A DNA stretch of 46,007 nt. Source: an uncultured Acidobacteriota bacterium. Its GTDB lineage: Bacteria; Acidobacteriota; UBA6911. The notes under the pieces are model-generated. The model made no database searches. It worked only from the letters and a program-made list of their open reading frames with translations, and was not told the origin of the DNA. The position numbers were made by a program, and so were the translations under genes. Position 1 is the stretch's first letter; each line of letters begins with the position of its first letter. Where the stretch lies: NCBI GenBank assembly GCA_963827655.1, contig CAWHCF010000027.1, positions 1-46,007 on the forward strand. Reading direction: 5' to 3'. Positions 1 to 10,564 of this stretch are shown piece by piece.

Positions 1-121
1 TTTCCTTCACTTCTCCGATATGCCGACAATACACCAAATGGATTGCGAACGGTAAACACTGCGGCGTTTATCGCGAGTAAACCCTAGACCGCCCGCACTT
101 GCAATGGTAATATCCCCCACA

Positions 122-469
122 ATGTGGTTTAAGAGCAAGGCACCGGTCCTCGGTGATTTCGAACAGCTCGTCCTTCTCGGTGTGTTACGTCTCGAGCTCC
201 AGGACTCCGCGTACGGAGCCGCTATCCGACAGGAGATTCACGCCCGCTCGGGGCGGGATGTGTCGATCAACGCCGTCTACACCACCCTCGACCGGCTCGA
301 GAGCAAGGGTTTTCTCAAATCCTGGGTCGGCGATCCCACCCCGCAGCGGGGCGGCCGCCGTCGGAAGTTCTATGCGCTGCGGCCCACGGGTGTCGCGGCT
401 TTGCGCCAGGCGTACCATGCCTTTACCGCCATGGCGGACGGCCTCCAGAGCCGGCTGGAGGTGAAGTGA
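122..469 (+). CDS. PadR-family transcriptional regulator (LGxFEQ subtype)
   Basis: LGDFEQLVLL...YGAAI...AVYTTLDRLESKG...RGGRRRKFY winged-helix motifs; stop overlaps the permease start (GTGA). Start uncertain (104 or 122). Confidence 0.9.
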   Translation: MWFKSKAPVLGDFEQLVLLGVLRLELQDSAYGAAIRQEIHARSGRDVSINAVYTTLDRLESKGFLKSWVGDPTPQRGGRRRKFYALRPTGVAALRQAYHAFTAMADGLQSRLEVK

Positions 470-3105
470 AAAAGACGACCGATCCGCCTCGGCTTGCGAT
501 CTGGCTATTGACCAGGCGGCTGTCCGCCGAGTGGCGCGACTTCATCGTCGGGGATCTCGAAGAAGAGTTCGGGACGCGCAGCGGCGATTCGCCAGTCGCG
601 GGCCACGCCTGGTTCTGGTGGCAGACGATGCGCTGCCTGGCTGCGCCGCCACCCGTTCGCCCCAATCCATTGCTGCATGGATCGTCACAAGGAGACTCGA
701 GGATGCGTACCTTGTTTGCCGATCTTCGTTATGCGTTCCGGGTGATGTCCCGGACACCCTCGTTCGCCGTTGCGGTCGTCAGCGTGCTGGCGCTTGGCAT
801 CGGCGCTAACACCGCGATCTTCAGCATCGTTAACGCGGTCCTGCTGCGTCCCCTGCCTTTCGAGGAGCCGGAACGCCTGGTGCGGATCTTCACCCGGACG
901 CCGGGCGGTGGACTCTTCGAGCTATCCCCCGGCAAGTTCTACGACTGGCAGCGGGATGCGCAGTCGTTCGAGGGCATGGCAATGTATCAATGCTGCGGCT
1001 TCAGGGAGCTCGCGCTCACTGGCACGGGCACCGCGCGAACAGTACGTGCGACAGCCGTGAGCGCGGGCTTTTTCGAGGTCGTCAGAGCCCGGCCGGCGCT
1101 CGGACGCGTCTTTCGGCAAGAGGAGGACACGCCAGGCGGCAAGTACGTCGTCGTCCTGAGCGACCGGTTCTGGAGAACCGAATTCGGCGGACACCCGGAC
1201 GTGATCGGCCGCACGGTGAAGCTCAACGACGAAGCGTACACCATCGTCGGAGTCATGCCGGCCACTGCCTCGGTCGCGTCATGGACCGGGATGGCGAGCG
1301 ACGTCTGGGTCCCGCTCGCACTCACCGACGAGCAGCGCGCCGCCCGTGGGAATCACAATCGGGACGGCGTCGCGCGTCTGAAGCGAGATGTCGAACTGGC
1401 GCAGGCGCAAGCCGAGATGGACGCGATCTTCGCACGGTTCGCGCGTGAGTTTCCCCGAACGGACGGACGAGGCTGGGGAGCCGTGGTCATCCCGATGCAG
1501 GAGGAAATCGTCGGCAATAGCCGCACGATGCTTCTCATGCTGCTCGGCGCGGTCGGGTTGGTCCTCCTCATCGCCTGCGCCAACGTCGGCAACCTGCTCT
1601 TCACTCGCGCCCTGAGCCGACGCAAGGAGATCGCGATTCGCTCGGCGCTTGGCGCGGGACGCGGACGCGTGTTTCAGCAGCTGTTGACCGAAGCATTGCT
1701 GCTCGCGGGCGCCGGTGGCGCGCTCGGGCTTCTGCTCGCGTACGGGGCACTCACGTCAGCCTCGACGCTGCTCGCCGGCCAGGTGCCGAGGGCGGAGGAA
1801 ATCTCGATCGATGGGCGAGTGCTGCTGTTCGCGGTGGGGGTGTCGATGCTCACCGGCATGCTCGCCGGGACGCTGCCGGCCGTGCGCGCAGGCCGGTCCG
1901 ACCTCAACGACGCGCTCAAGGAAGGTGGGCGCGGCGACGGTGCGATCGGTGTCGGCACGCGCCGCTTGCTGATCGTGTGCGAGGTCGCGCTGTCGCTGGT
2001 GTTGTTGATGGGCGCCGGCGTGATGGTCCAGAGCCTGCTGGCCCTTAGGCACGTCGACACCGGCTTCGATCCGAACAACGTGCTCACGATGCGCGTGCGC
2101 CTGGTAGAGGCGCGGTATCCGACGGCGGGGCAGCGGTCGGCATTCTTCGAGGCGGCATTGCAGCGCATTCGCGCACTGCCGGGTGTCGTGGCTGCGGGAA
2201 CGATCGACGACCTGCCGTTCGCCGACGGATCCTCACAGACGCTCGCGCTTGAGGGATACGCGCCTCAGCGCGACCCGGTGGCAGTGCAGGTCCGGCAGAT
2301 CAGCCCCGGCTACCTGCGCGCCATGGGGATTCCGGTGCTGCGTGGACGCGACGTTCTTGACAGCGATGCGGACGTGCTGCTCGTCAGTCAGGACGCCGCA
2401 AAGCTGTATTGGGGAGCCGACGATGCGATCGGACGCCGCGCCACCTTACCGGCCCTGTCGAGGACGGTGCTTCGTCAGGTGGTTGGAATCGTGGGGGACG
2501 TCAAGCAGCGGAACCTCATTGAAGGCGCCACGCCCACGGTGTACTTCTACACGCGCGAGCCGTATGGCAGGGCGACGTTCGCCATACGGACATCGGTGCC
2601 GCCCGCCACGCTCGCTCAGCCTGCCGTTGCAGCGATCCGCGCGATCGATCCAGAGCAGCCGGTCGTGGACACCCAAACGATGGTGCAGGTGCTCGACGGG
2701 AAACTAACGCCGCAGCGCTTCAGTGCGCTGCTACTTGGAGTCTTTGCAGGAGTCGCGCTGCTGCTCGCCGCTGTCGGAATCTACAGCGTGCTTTCGTACA
2801 TCGTCCGGGGACGCAGCCGCGAGATCGGGATCAGAACCGCGCTTGGCGCGCAGAGAGCCGACGTCCTTCGTCTGGTGATCGTCGAGGGCATGTCGCCCGC
2901 GCTCGTCGGCATCGCGGCCGGAACGATCGCCGCGCTCGCGTCGGCGAAGGTCATGGAAACGCTCGTCTTTGGCGTGAGCGCATCAGATCCGCTGACGCTT
3001 GCTGCCGTCGCGGCCACGCTGGCCCTTGTTGCATTGATGGCAAGCCTGGTGCCGGCGTACCGCGCCTTACGGCTCGACCCGGTAAAAGTCTTGCGCGCGG
3101 ACTAG
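466..3105 (+). CDS. ADOP-family duplicated ABC permease (MacB_PCD/FtsX x2) with N-terminal permease-prefix domain 2
   Basis: [64 protein letters not shown]; N-term PPRLAIWLL..IVGDLEEEF..WFWWQ. Confidence 0.93.
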   Translation: MKKTTDPPRLAIWLLTRRLSAEWRDFIVGDLEEEFGTRSGDSPVAGHAWFWWQTMRCLAAPPPVRPNPLLHGSSQGDSRMRTLFADLRYAFRVMSRTPSFAVAVVSVLALGIGANTAIFSIVNAVLLRPLPFEEPERLVRIFTRTPGGGLFELSPGKFYDWQRDAQSFEGMAMYQCCGFRELALTGTGTARTVRATAVSAGFFEVVRARPALGRVFRQEEDTPGGKYVVVLSDRFWRTEFGGHPDVIGRTVKLNDEAYTIVGVMPATASVASWTGMASDVWVPLALTDEQRAARGNHNRDGVARLKRDVELAQAQAEMDAIFARFAREFPRTDGRGWGAVVIPMQEEIVGNSRTMLLMLLGAVGLVLLIACANVGNLLFTRALSRRKEIAIRSALGAGRGRVFQQLLTEALLLAGAGGALGLLLAYGALTSASTLLAGQVPRAEEISIDGRVLLFAVGVSMLTGMLAGTLPAVRAGRSDLNDALKEGGRGDGAIGVGTRRLLIVCEVALSLVLLMGAGVMVQSLLALRHVDTGFDPNNVLTMRVRLVEARYPTAGQRSAFFEAALQRIRALPGVVAAGTIDDLPFADGSSQTLALEGYAPQRDPVAVQVRQISPGYLRAMGIPVLRGRDVLDSDADVLLVSQDAAKLYWGADDAIGRRATLPALSRTVLRQVVGIVGDVKQRNLIEGATPTVYFYTREPYGRATFAIRTSVPPATLAQPAVAAIRAIDPEQPVVDTQTMVQVLDGKLTPQRFSALLLGVFAGVALLLAAVGIYSVLSYIVRGRSREIGIRTALGAQRADVLRLVIVEGMSPALVGIAAGTIAALASAKVMETLVFGVSASDPLTLAAVAATLALVALMASLVPAYRALRLDPVKVLRAD

Positions 3106-3548
3106 GGATTGAGCGTGTCCTTGCGATGAGACCGCGGCGTTCCGCGACGGCGTTGCCCACAGTCCTTTGAGTGGCAACGTCGGTTCAATCCACGACGCGC
3201 GGCGCGCGGCCGGCCATGCTGCTAGCAGAACCACCGCGAAGTCGCGACGTGGAGTGCCCTGGCGGCAGGACGTAATCGACCGTATCCGCACGAGGCCGGT
3301 AAACCACGTTAGATCCTACGCGAAGCCACTCGCTTCCACCGGGGGCGACGCTGAGCGTCTGCGAGTTCGTGATCGAGATCTCGTGTATGTCCTCGGTGAG
3401 CGCATGCTTTTCAGCCTGGGAAACAAGGAAGTGAACTGGCTCTCCGTGAGGCAAATCGCGGATCTCCGACGAGCCGCTCAGGGAATCGACGCGTAGCTCC
3501 GGTGGTGCGACTCCAGGCTCTTCGAGGTCTACCCAGGCACCAACGCAC

Positions 3549-3578
3549 TTGACGCGGCGATACGAATGCCTGTAGCAT
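3549..3578 (+). promoter_or_regulatory. Putative sigma70 promoter of second padR
   Basis: TTGACG-18 bp-TAGCAT, ending 8 nt before ATG 3587; no Shine-Dalgarno. Confidence 0.5.
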
Positions 3579-3586
3579 AGGTGGCT

Positions 3587-3940
3587 ATGACATCTATCGA
3601 CACGCGAATGCTGGACCGTGAACTGAAGAAGGGATCGGCGGAGCTGATCATCCTCTCGATCGTCGAGCCGCGAGCCCGTCATGGATACGAGATCAGCAAG
3701 ATCATCGAGACGCGCTCGGCCGGGCAGCTGAAGTTTCACCTCGCGTCACTCTATCCGCTGCTATATCGGCTGGAAGAACGTGGGTGGCTTCAGGGGAGGT
3801 GGGTCGAGAAGCCCGGTCAGCGCCGCCGCCGCTTCTACAGTCTGACCGCTGAGGGCCGCCGCGTCCTCACACGCCAACGTGATACCTGGAAGACCTTCGT
3901 CCACGCCATGGGTCTCATTACGGGAGTCGACCATGCCTGA
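3587..3940 (+). CDS. PadR-family transcriptional regulator (ELKKG subtype)
   Basis: [48 protein letters not shown]; stop overlaps next gene start. Confidence 0.92.
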   Translation: MTSIDTRMLDRELKKGSAELIILSIVEPRARHGYEISKIIETRSAGQLKFHLASLYPLLYRLEERGWLQGRWVEKPGQRRRRFYSLTAEGRRVLTRQRDTWKTFVHAMGLITGVDHA

Positions 3941-6630
3941 ATGGAGCGAGCACCTGCGCTCGCGTCTCGCTCAGCTGCGACTGAGCGCTGCGCGCGAGGC
4001 GGAGATCATCGAAGAGCTGTCGCAGCATCTCGACCAGCGCTATGAGGAGCTTCGCAGTGGTGGCGCCAGCGACACCGACGCACGCCGTCTGGCGAGCGAG
4101 GAATTGCTCGAACCCGAGGCGCTTGCCCGCCACATGCGATCGCTTCGCCAGGCGAACGTCCCACCGCCGATCACAATGGGAGCGCCTGGCCGATTTCTCG
4201 TCGGCGGTCTCTGGCAGGATCTGCGGTATGCCGCGCGCACGCTGCGAAAGCAGCCCGGCTTCGCAGCCGCGGCCGTCCTGACGTTGGCGCTCGGCATCGG
4301 CGCCAACAGCGCCATCTTCGCACTCGTCGATGCGACCTTGCTGCGTCCGTTGCCATACCCCCACCCCGAGCGGCTCGTGATGATCTGGGAACGCACGAAG
4401 GCCGCGCCGCGGAGCAGAGTGGCGCCCCTCAACCTTGTCGACTGGAACGCACGAAATCGCACGTTCGATATAATCGCCGGTTTTGTCCCCAATGTTGGCG
4501 GCATGGTGATGGGCGGCGCCGACGGCAGCGTGGAAACGGTCGACCGTCAGTGGACGACGGCCCAAGTGTTTGACGCTCTCGGTGTCAACGCGATTGTGGG
4601 TCGCACGTTTCTTCCCTCCGATGACGTTCAGCGGGCCAATGTCGTGGTCCTGAGTGAAGGGTTCTGGCGGACCCGTTTCAACGCGGACCCGCGCGTCGTC
4701 GGCCGCGACCTCCGGCTGGATGGCGGACGGTGGACGGTGGTCGGCGTCGTTCCGCAACAGGCACAGTTGCTTGGCCGGACAAGTATCTGGGCCCTGGCCC
4801 CAATCACGGGTTTGCCGCCGGCCGCGCGCGGTCAGTACGTTCTTCAGGTGATTGGACGGTTGAAGTCCGGCGTCACGCTGGACGGTGCCACAGCCGACAT
4901 GGCAGCCGTATCTGATGCACTCGCGCGAGAGTTCCCGCACACGAACTCCGGCCGGGGAGTCGCGCTCGAGCCAATGCGGGATGCCGTGATCGGCAGCGAG
5001 CTTCGTCAGACGTCCATGATGTTCCTCGGCGTCGTCGGCTTCGTGCTCCTCATCTGCTGCGCCAACGTCGCCAACCTTCTCTTGGCGCGCGCGACAGTAC
5101 GCAGACGCGAGCTGGCGATACGGTCAGCGCTGGGCGCTGACCGGCGGCGCATCATTCGCCAACTCCTTACCGAAAGCCTCGTGCTCGCAATTCTCGGGGG
5201 GACGCTCGGACTGGTGGTCGGCGCGGCGATTCTGAACGGCGCGCCATCGGTGATTCCCCACGAGCTACTGCCAGCCGCTGTGACGCTCACCTTCAACGTG
5301 CGCGTGGTCGCCTTCTGTGCCGCCACCGCGCTGCTCGTGGGATTGCTGTTTGGCCTTGTTCCGGCGTGGCAAGCCACCGAGCTCTCGTCGGCGCATGTGA
5401 TCGCCTCGGACAGCCGGACGGCGACCGGGCGCGGTGGCAGAATCCGAGGCCTGCTCGTCGTCGGACAGGTCGCGACCGCCGTGATTCTGCTCTACGGCGC
5501 CGGGTTGCTGCTGCGTACCCTCCTGGCGATCGAAAGCGTCGATCGCGGCTATCGGGCTGAGAGCGTGCTGACCATGATCGTCGACCCCCCGGGACCGCAG
5601 CGGGTTCCCTGGCGGCAATTCTACGAGGCCGTCGAGCAGGAGGTCATGGCGCTTCCCGGAGTTCGAGGCGTGGCATGGGCGACCACACTCCCACTGGGGC
5701 GTTCCTACCAGGGTCCATCCTTCTTCGAGATCGTGGGCGACCCGCCAGTTGCCCAGAGCCAGCGGCCGACGGCTGACTACCAGATCGTCAGCCCGGCTTA
5801 CTTTACGACGCTCGATCTGCCGGTCGTGGCTGGCCGGGGGTTCGACGACCGCGATGCACCCGGCGGCGTCCAGGTCTGCATCGTCAATGAAGCGTTGGTC
5901 CGCAGCTACTTCCAGGGGCGATCGCCGATCGGTCTGCGTGTGGCCATCCGCGCCGGCGGCATCTGCGCAGTCGCCGCCCGTCGTACGCGAGATCGTCGGC
6001 GTCGCCCGGCAGGTGAAGGCTCGACCCAATGAAATAGAGGACCTGATTCAGATCTATGTGCCGCTGGCCCAGGACACCCCCGGTGACATTTTCATGGTAG
6101 TTCGACCGGTATCCGGACCCGCGGAAGCCCTTGCGCCGTCGGTGCGTTCGGCGATGGCTCGCGTGGACAAGGAGCAACTGGTGAGCGTGCGCAACGTGAT
6201 GACGCTGGATGAGGTGGCGTCGGTAGCGACGGCACGCCATCGGTTTCGGGCGATCCTGGTGATGGGGTTCGCCGGGCTGGCGCTCCTGCTGGCGATGGTC
6301 GGACTGTTCGGCATCCTCGCGTACTCAGTCCAACAGCGCGTGCGTGATTTTGGCGTGCGGAGGGCGCTGGGCGCCACGACGAGCGACGTGCTTTGGCTCG
6401 TTGCCGGCAGCGCCAGTCGAGTGATCGCGACGGGCGCTGTCATCGGGTTGGCTCTGTCGACGGTTCTGGGTCGGCTGCTTGCCGCCATACTGTTTGGTGT
6501 GCAGCCATTGGATCCCATGACGTTCGCATCCGTGACGATCGTCCTGGCCCTCACCGCGGCGGTGTCGACTATCGGTCCCGCCTGGCACGCGACCCGAATC
6601 GATCCTGCGGTTGCGTTGCGAGGCGAGTGA
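3933..6630 (+). pseudogene. ADOP-family permease with prefix domain 1, split by a +1 frameshift near 5950 (possible sequencing error)
   Basis: [54 protein letters not shown]; continues in ORF 5749..6630 ([31 protein letters not shown]). Confidence 0.88.
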
Positions 6631-6719
6631 TCGATTATGGTAATGCTCAACCTTCGCTCTTTACGAATCACAGGGCCATGGTGGCTCTCATTCTCGACCA
6701 ACTCGCCGCTGGGTAGGAG

Positions 6720-6856
6720 ACGTGTTTCGTTTCCCACTCAGGACGGGGGACTTGTCTTTGGGAATCTGCATGAACAGGTGACCGCGGGGTCGTACTGGCC
6801 CACGTGCGGCAGGTTCAACAGGGAGGGTTGGGAGAAGCAAGCGGCGGGTACTTGAA
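6720..6856 (+). pseudogene. Degraded N-terminal fragment of an alpha/beta hydrolase
   Basis: Across frames: VSFPTQDGGLVFGNLH / GDRGVVLAH / GRFNREGWEKQA. Confidence 0.45.
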
Positions 6857-6947
6857 CATCGCACACGCCGATTCCTTCGACCATGCGGCAAATTCCGGCC
6901 GCCGCGAGATTTCATCACAGACGCTCACTTGTGATAAGACTTTCCAC

Positions 6948-7562
6948 ATGAACTATGACTTCCTGATAAGCGCGTATCAAACGGAGCGCCTCAAGGTCCT
7001 GAGCGTTTGGAGCATGTTCCGGGACGAGGACATGAATACACGTCCACACCCCGAGGATAGGCGAGGCCGCAACGTCCGAGAGCAGATGATCCATCAATGT
7101 CTGAGCGAAGACCTCTGGTTCCGCAGATTCTTCGGCATAGATGTCGGGACCCAGGAGCTTCCGAAGGAAGAAACAAGGCTTGCCTTTATTCAGAAGTACG
7201 GCGCGGATTCCGAACACCGAGCCCGGATCCTCGCAACGCAGAAGGCGGACTGGTGGGAACAAGAGGTCGACTTCTTCAAGACCGCGCGGACACGTGCATG
7301 GGTGATGGTCCGCCGGATCGCGCACACCGCCCATCATCGTGGGCAACAGACCGCTCTACTGAGGATGCTCAATCGCGAAATCTATTCCACCTACGGCCCG
7401 ACTGCCGACACGGGCGGACTCCCCAAGCATGGAGCACTCACCATTTATCCATACGCCGACGTTGAATCCTTGATTGCCCGAGAGTCCACAGGAGGGGCCA
7501 AAACGCCACTTCCTGAACTGCCGAACGGGCCGCTAACGGAACGCGGAACCGGGACAGAATAG
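6948..7562 (+). CDS. DinB-family protein
   Basis: MNYDFL..ERLKVLSVWSMF..EQMIHQCLSED..RRIAHTAHHRGQ His motifs. Confidence 0.85.
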   Translation: MNYDFLISAYQTERLKVLSVWSMFRDEDMNTRPHPEDRRGRNVREQMIHQCLSEDLWFRRFFGIDVGTQELPKEETRLAFIQKYGADSEHRARILATQKADWWEQEVDFFKTARTRAWVMVRRIAHTAHHRGQQTALLRMLNREIYSTYGPTADTGGLPKHGALTIYPYADVESLIARESTGGAKTPLPELPNGPLTERGTGTE

Positions 7563-7728
7563 TACATTGCCGAAAAACACATCGTCGGGCTATGGCGTCG
7601 TACCGGACACCTGCTGAATCTTAATCTGCCAGTTCCTCACGTACCGATCGGGTACGCATCGTCGCTCAGGCCTCGCCAGCAGGCCTGGGGGCCTGCAGCA
7701 GAATGCGAACTTATTTCTGCGCGAACCC

Positions 7729-8262
7729 TTAGTGGTTTTCTCTCTTTTTGTGCAGATCGAGGAGTTGCAGTTTGAGCGCGTGGCGTTTGTGCCAGAAGAG
7801 GAGGATTCCCGATCCAAGAATCCCGAGTATTCCGGTGATGACGAACAGCTCGCGGACGGCAGGGATGCCGACACCGAAGATGAAAACCGTCGCAAAAGCG
7901 AAAAGCAATCCGATCGCGCCTTCGACCGGAATTCGATCAATCCGAATGCCACGGTGATACCTGACTTCATTGGTCCGTGGGCTACCCATAAGAATTCGTC
8001 CTTTCAAAACCGCTTGGGGGCTTTGAGGAAATCGCAAGAAAAAGTGAATCGAGCAGACAACCTGCCGCCAGTACCAGACCCTGGCTCTGAAGACCCCGCA
8101 ACTGGGGACGATGACGGCAGTGAATATTTCGGTCAAGTCGCCTGAAATGTTATCGCGAAGCTGATCGGGAAGCAGGAACCGAAGCAGCCGTTGCGCGATT
8201 TCCGGCGGCTTCGCCGTCATACGCATTTGTGTCCTGGTCTTCCAATGGTAATTCTCGCTCAT
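7729..8262 (-). CDS. Small membrane protein: permease-prefix domain 2 plus about 2 TM helices
   Basis: KPPEIAQRLLRFLLP..ISGDLTEIF..ARVWYWRQV then two hydrophobic segments; starts 2 nt after the padR stop. Confidence 0.75.
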   Translation of the reverse strand: MSENYHWKTRTQMRMTAKPPEIAQRLLRFLLPDQLRDNISGDLTEIFTAVIVPSCGVFRARVWYWRQVVCSIHFFLRFPQSPQAVLKGRILMGSPRTNEVRYHRGIRIDRIPVEGAIGLLFAFATVFIFGVGIPAVRELFVITGILGILGSGILLFWHKRHALKLQLLDLHKKRENH

Positions 8263-8264
8263 GG

Positions 8265-8591
8265 CTACCTCAACAACGGATCCAATCCCGCCCACATGTT
8301 GTCGAGAATCTTGCGAGATCGCTCCAAGGCCGCTGATCCTTGCGCTGTGATCTTGAAGAACCGTTTCGCCCTTCCACCCCTCTCCGGCGTCGGGTCGCCA
8401 ACCTTTGAGGAGATGAATCGTTTGGCCTCCAACCGATCGAGTGTCGCATACACGGCCCCGATTATTACCGACCTTCCCGTACGCTTTTCAATCTCTTCCC
8501 AGATCGTCACGCCATAGGCATTCTTGCCAAGACGAAGCACGGCCAGCAAGACTATCTGCTCAAACTCACCAAGGTAGTCGCCTTTTCCCAT
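8265..8591 (-). CDS. PadR-family transcriptional regulator (LGxFEQ subtype)
   Basis: YLGEFEQIVLLAVLRL..AYGVTI..GAVYATLDRLEAK..ERGGRAKRFF. Confidence 0.93.
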   Translation of the reverse strand: MGKGDYLGEFEQIVLLAVLRLGKNAYGVTIWEEIEKRTGRSVIIGAVYATLDRLEAKRFISSKVGDPTPERGGRAKRFFKITAQGSAALERSRKILDNMWAGLDPLLR

Positions 8592-8610
8592 ACGACCTCA
8601 TATGTTAAGC

Positions 8611-8639
8611 AAAGTAGGACAAATAAGGCTCGATGTCAA
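8611..8639 (-). promoter_or_regulatory. sigma70 promoter of third padR
   Basis: Minus strand TTGACA-17 bp-TACTTT. Confidence 0.65.
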
Positions 8640-8780
8640 TAGCCGTGTTTTCTTGATGGCGCGGTCCCGGTTGTGGAGCGATCCCTGACGCGAGGCAATA
8701 AGGGCTCCTATCAAACTCTATCAGACTCGAACCCTGGTAAGAGAATTTTCGGCTTAGATCCGGCTATGGGCAGTTGAGGG

Positions 8781-8980
8781 GGAGCAGAATTTGATTGGCA
8801 CTACTGAAAAGGTAACGTCACGAGATGGGGTAGGTTACCGGCGACTTCAAGAAGGACGGATGAACTCCGGAGGAAGTAAGCCACTGCTGAATGCATATGC
8901 AAAAGACGAATCTGGCAATCTGGTTCTGACTCCGTGGCTTCTATCCCGCTGCATTTGGCGGGCTATCAAGATCGCAGCCC
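8781..8980 (+). repeat. Degenerate copy of the MITE-like element at 15715-15988
   Basis: Colinear match by eye to 15774-15976 (CACGAGATGGGG, CTGCTGAATGCATATGCAAA, GGCTTCTATCCCGCTGC). Confidence 0.8.
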
Positions 8981-8984
8981 AAAG

Positions 8985-9173
8985 TGTTGGTTGTTCTTCC
9001 TATCCGCCGATGTCGCCATAGCCTGGGCCGACTATGAAACGGTTGGTCAGAAGTCGCGTGGTGGTAAGGAAGCGCCCCAGAGGCGTACTCACTCAACTTG
9101 GATTATGACCAGGGAGAATGGCAAGTGGCCGATCGCTAAGATCGGTGCCCGGCACGCAGCGACACCGGCATAG
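8985..9173 (+). pseudogene. C-terminal fragment of an NTF2-like (SgcJ/EcaC/DUF4440) protein
   Basis: FLSADVAIAWADYETVG..RTHSTWIMTRENGKWPIA; no intact N-terminus. Confidence 0.5.
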
Positions 9174-9193
9174 CACGTGCGTGCGTTCAGTGT

Positions 9194-10564
9194 ATGGCTG
9201 AAACGTCACAGCGATCGCGCAACAACCTTTCCGCTCGCTTCGTGAGCGGGAGCGAGCCTTTTATTCTGACGGCCATGGTGTCGCTCCTCGGAGGCAACCT
9301 CTGGTTGTTCCGGGAGCGCGAACTGCTGCTGGGTCACTTCTACCGGCCTGAAATTCTCTCGATCACCCACACCCTTACGCTCGGCTGGATCTCGATGCTG
9401 ATGATGGGCGTGCTGGTCCGGCTTGCGCCGCGCGCCATGGGAATTTCGATCCGGTCACGACGGTGGCTGCTGGTTCAGTTTCTCCTGATGTTCGTCGGCT
9501 ACACGGGCATGGTGTTCCACTTCTGGATCTCCGGCTGGGTAGCCATGGCGTCTGCCGCCGTCCTCATTGTCCTTGCGGCTGTCGTCCAGATCTGCAACTT
9601 AGCCGGCATTTTCACTCGATTACGAAGTGGCGACTGGCTGCACCGCTACGTAGCCGCGGCTCTGATCAATTTCCTGCTTGCGGCAGTCCTGGGCGTGATG
9701 CTTGGTTTCAACAAGGTCTACGACGTTCTTGGTGGCGAGTTCTTCCCGAACATTTTCGCTCACGCCCATCTGGCGGCCGTTGGTTGGGTCACCATGATGA
9801 TTGTCGGTTTCGAGCATCGCTTGCTTCCAACTTCCAGGCCGGATCCTCATCCTGCAAACGCCTGGCCGGCGATTCGGTTCTGGTTGCTGGAAGCTGGTAT
9901 CATCGGCCTGGTCGTAAGCCTTCTGGTTGGGGCGCGCGCGACGCCGCTTTTCGCCGCGATGATCGTTGCGGCCCTGGCGCTTCATGCCTGGCGCCCCTTG
10001 TGGACTCTCGTGCGAGGAAAGGTCCAGGATCGTGCCAGCCTCTGGGCAACTGTCGCCCTCGTCTTCTTACTCGGAGCCGCGCTTTCGGGATTCTTCCTCA
10101 GTCTCGACCTCCCCTCGCCGAATTCGGTGCTCCGGATGCGCGTTCAGTTCGCGTATGGATATGTCGGACTGCTGGGCTGGATCACCCTGACCATTACGGC
10201 GCAGGTCTACAAGCTCTTTCCGATGTTTGTCTGGGAGGAGCGTTTCCGGGACTTATGGGGGAAGGAGCCTGTGCCAGCCATGCGAGACCTTTACAGCCGA
10301 CCCTTACAGACAGTATCCAATGGCTTTCTGTCTCTCGGTATTGCAGGAACAGCAGCGGGAATCGTGACGAATCATCTTCCGCTGATCACCTTCTTTCATG
10401 GCCTCGTGATCATGGGCGTGCTCGCCTTCCTGATCAACTTCTTCATGATGGCACGATGGGCGCTCCTGAGGACGACGTACCATCCGAGCAAGGAAGACTG
10501 GGAGCGATTTCACGGGAATCTGCAGGCTGCTAAGACGCCAGGAAACGCCAAGGGGGCGCAATAA
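9194..10564 (+). CDS. Polytopic membrane protein, heme-copper oxidase subunit I-like/NnrS-like family
   Basis: About 12 hydrophobic segments; THTLTLGW, AHAHLAAVGW, YKLFPMFVW, PAMRDLY motifs. Confidence 0.65.
   Translation: MAETSQRSRNNLSARFVSGSEPFILTAMVSLLGGNLWLFRERELLLGHFYRPEILSITHTLTLGWISMLMMGVLVRLAPRAMGISIRSRRWLLVQFLLMFVGYTGMVFHFWISGWVAMASAAVLIVLAAVVQICNLAGIFTRLRSGDWLHRYVAAALINFLLAAVLGVMLGFNKVYDVLGGEFFPNIFAHAHLAAVGWVTMMIVGFEHRLLPTSRPDPHPANAWPAIRFWLLEAGIIGLVVSLLVGARATPLFAAMIVAALALHAWRPLWTLVRGKVQDRASLWATVALVFLLGAALSGFFLSLDLPSPNSVLRMRVQFAYGYVGLLGWITLTITAQVYKLFPMFVWEERFRDLWGKEPVPAMRDLYSRPLQTVSNGFLSLGIAGTAAGIVTNHLPLITFFHGLVIMGVLAFLINFFMMARWALLRTTYHPSKEDWERFHGNLQAAKTPGNAKGAQ

Noticed and set aside
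3167-3496. 109-aa ORF and CGTTGCCCAC..GTGGCAACG hairpin (3151-3179) between ADOP-1 and padR-2
   Set aside because: No recognisable family or RBS; the hairpin could be a terminator or IS end but cannot be assigned
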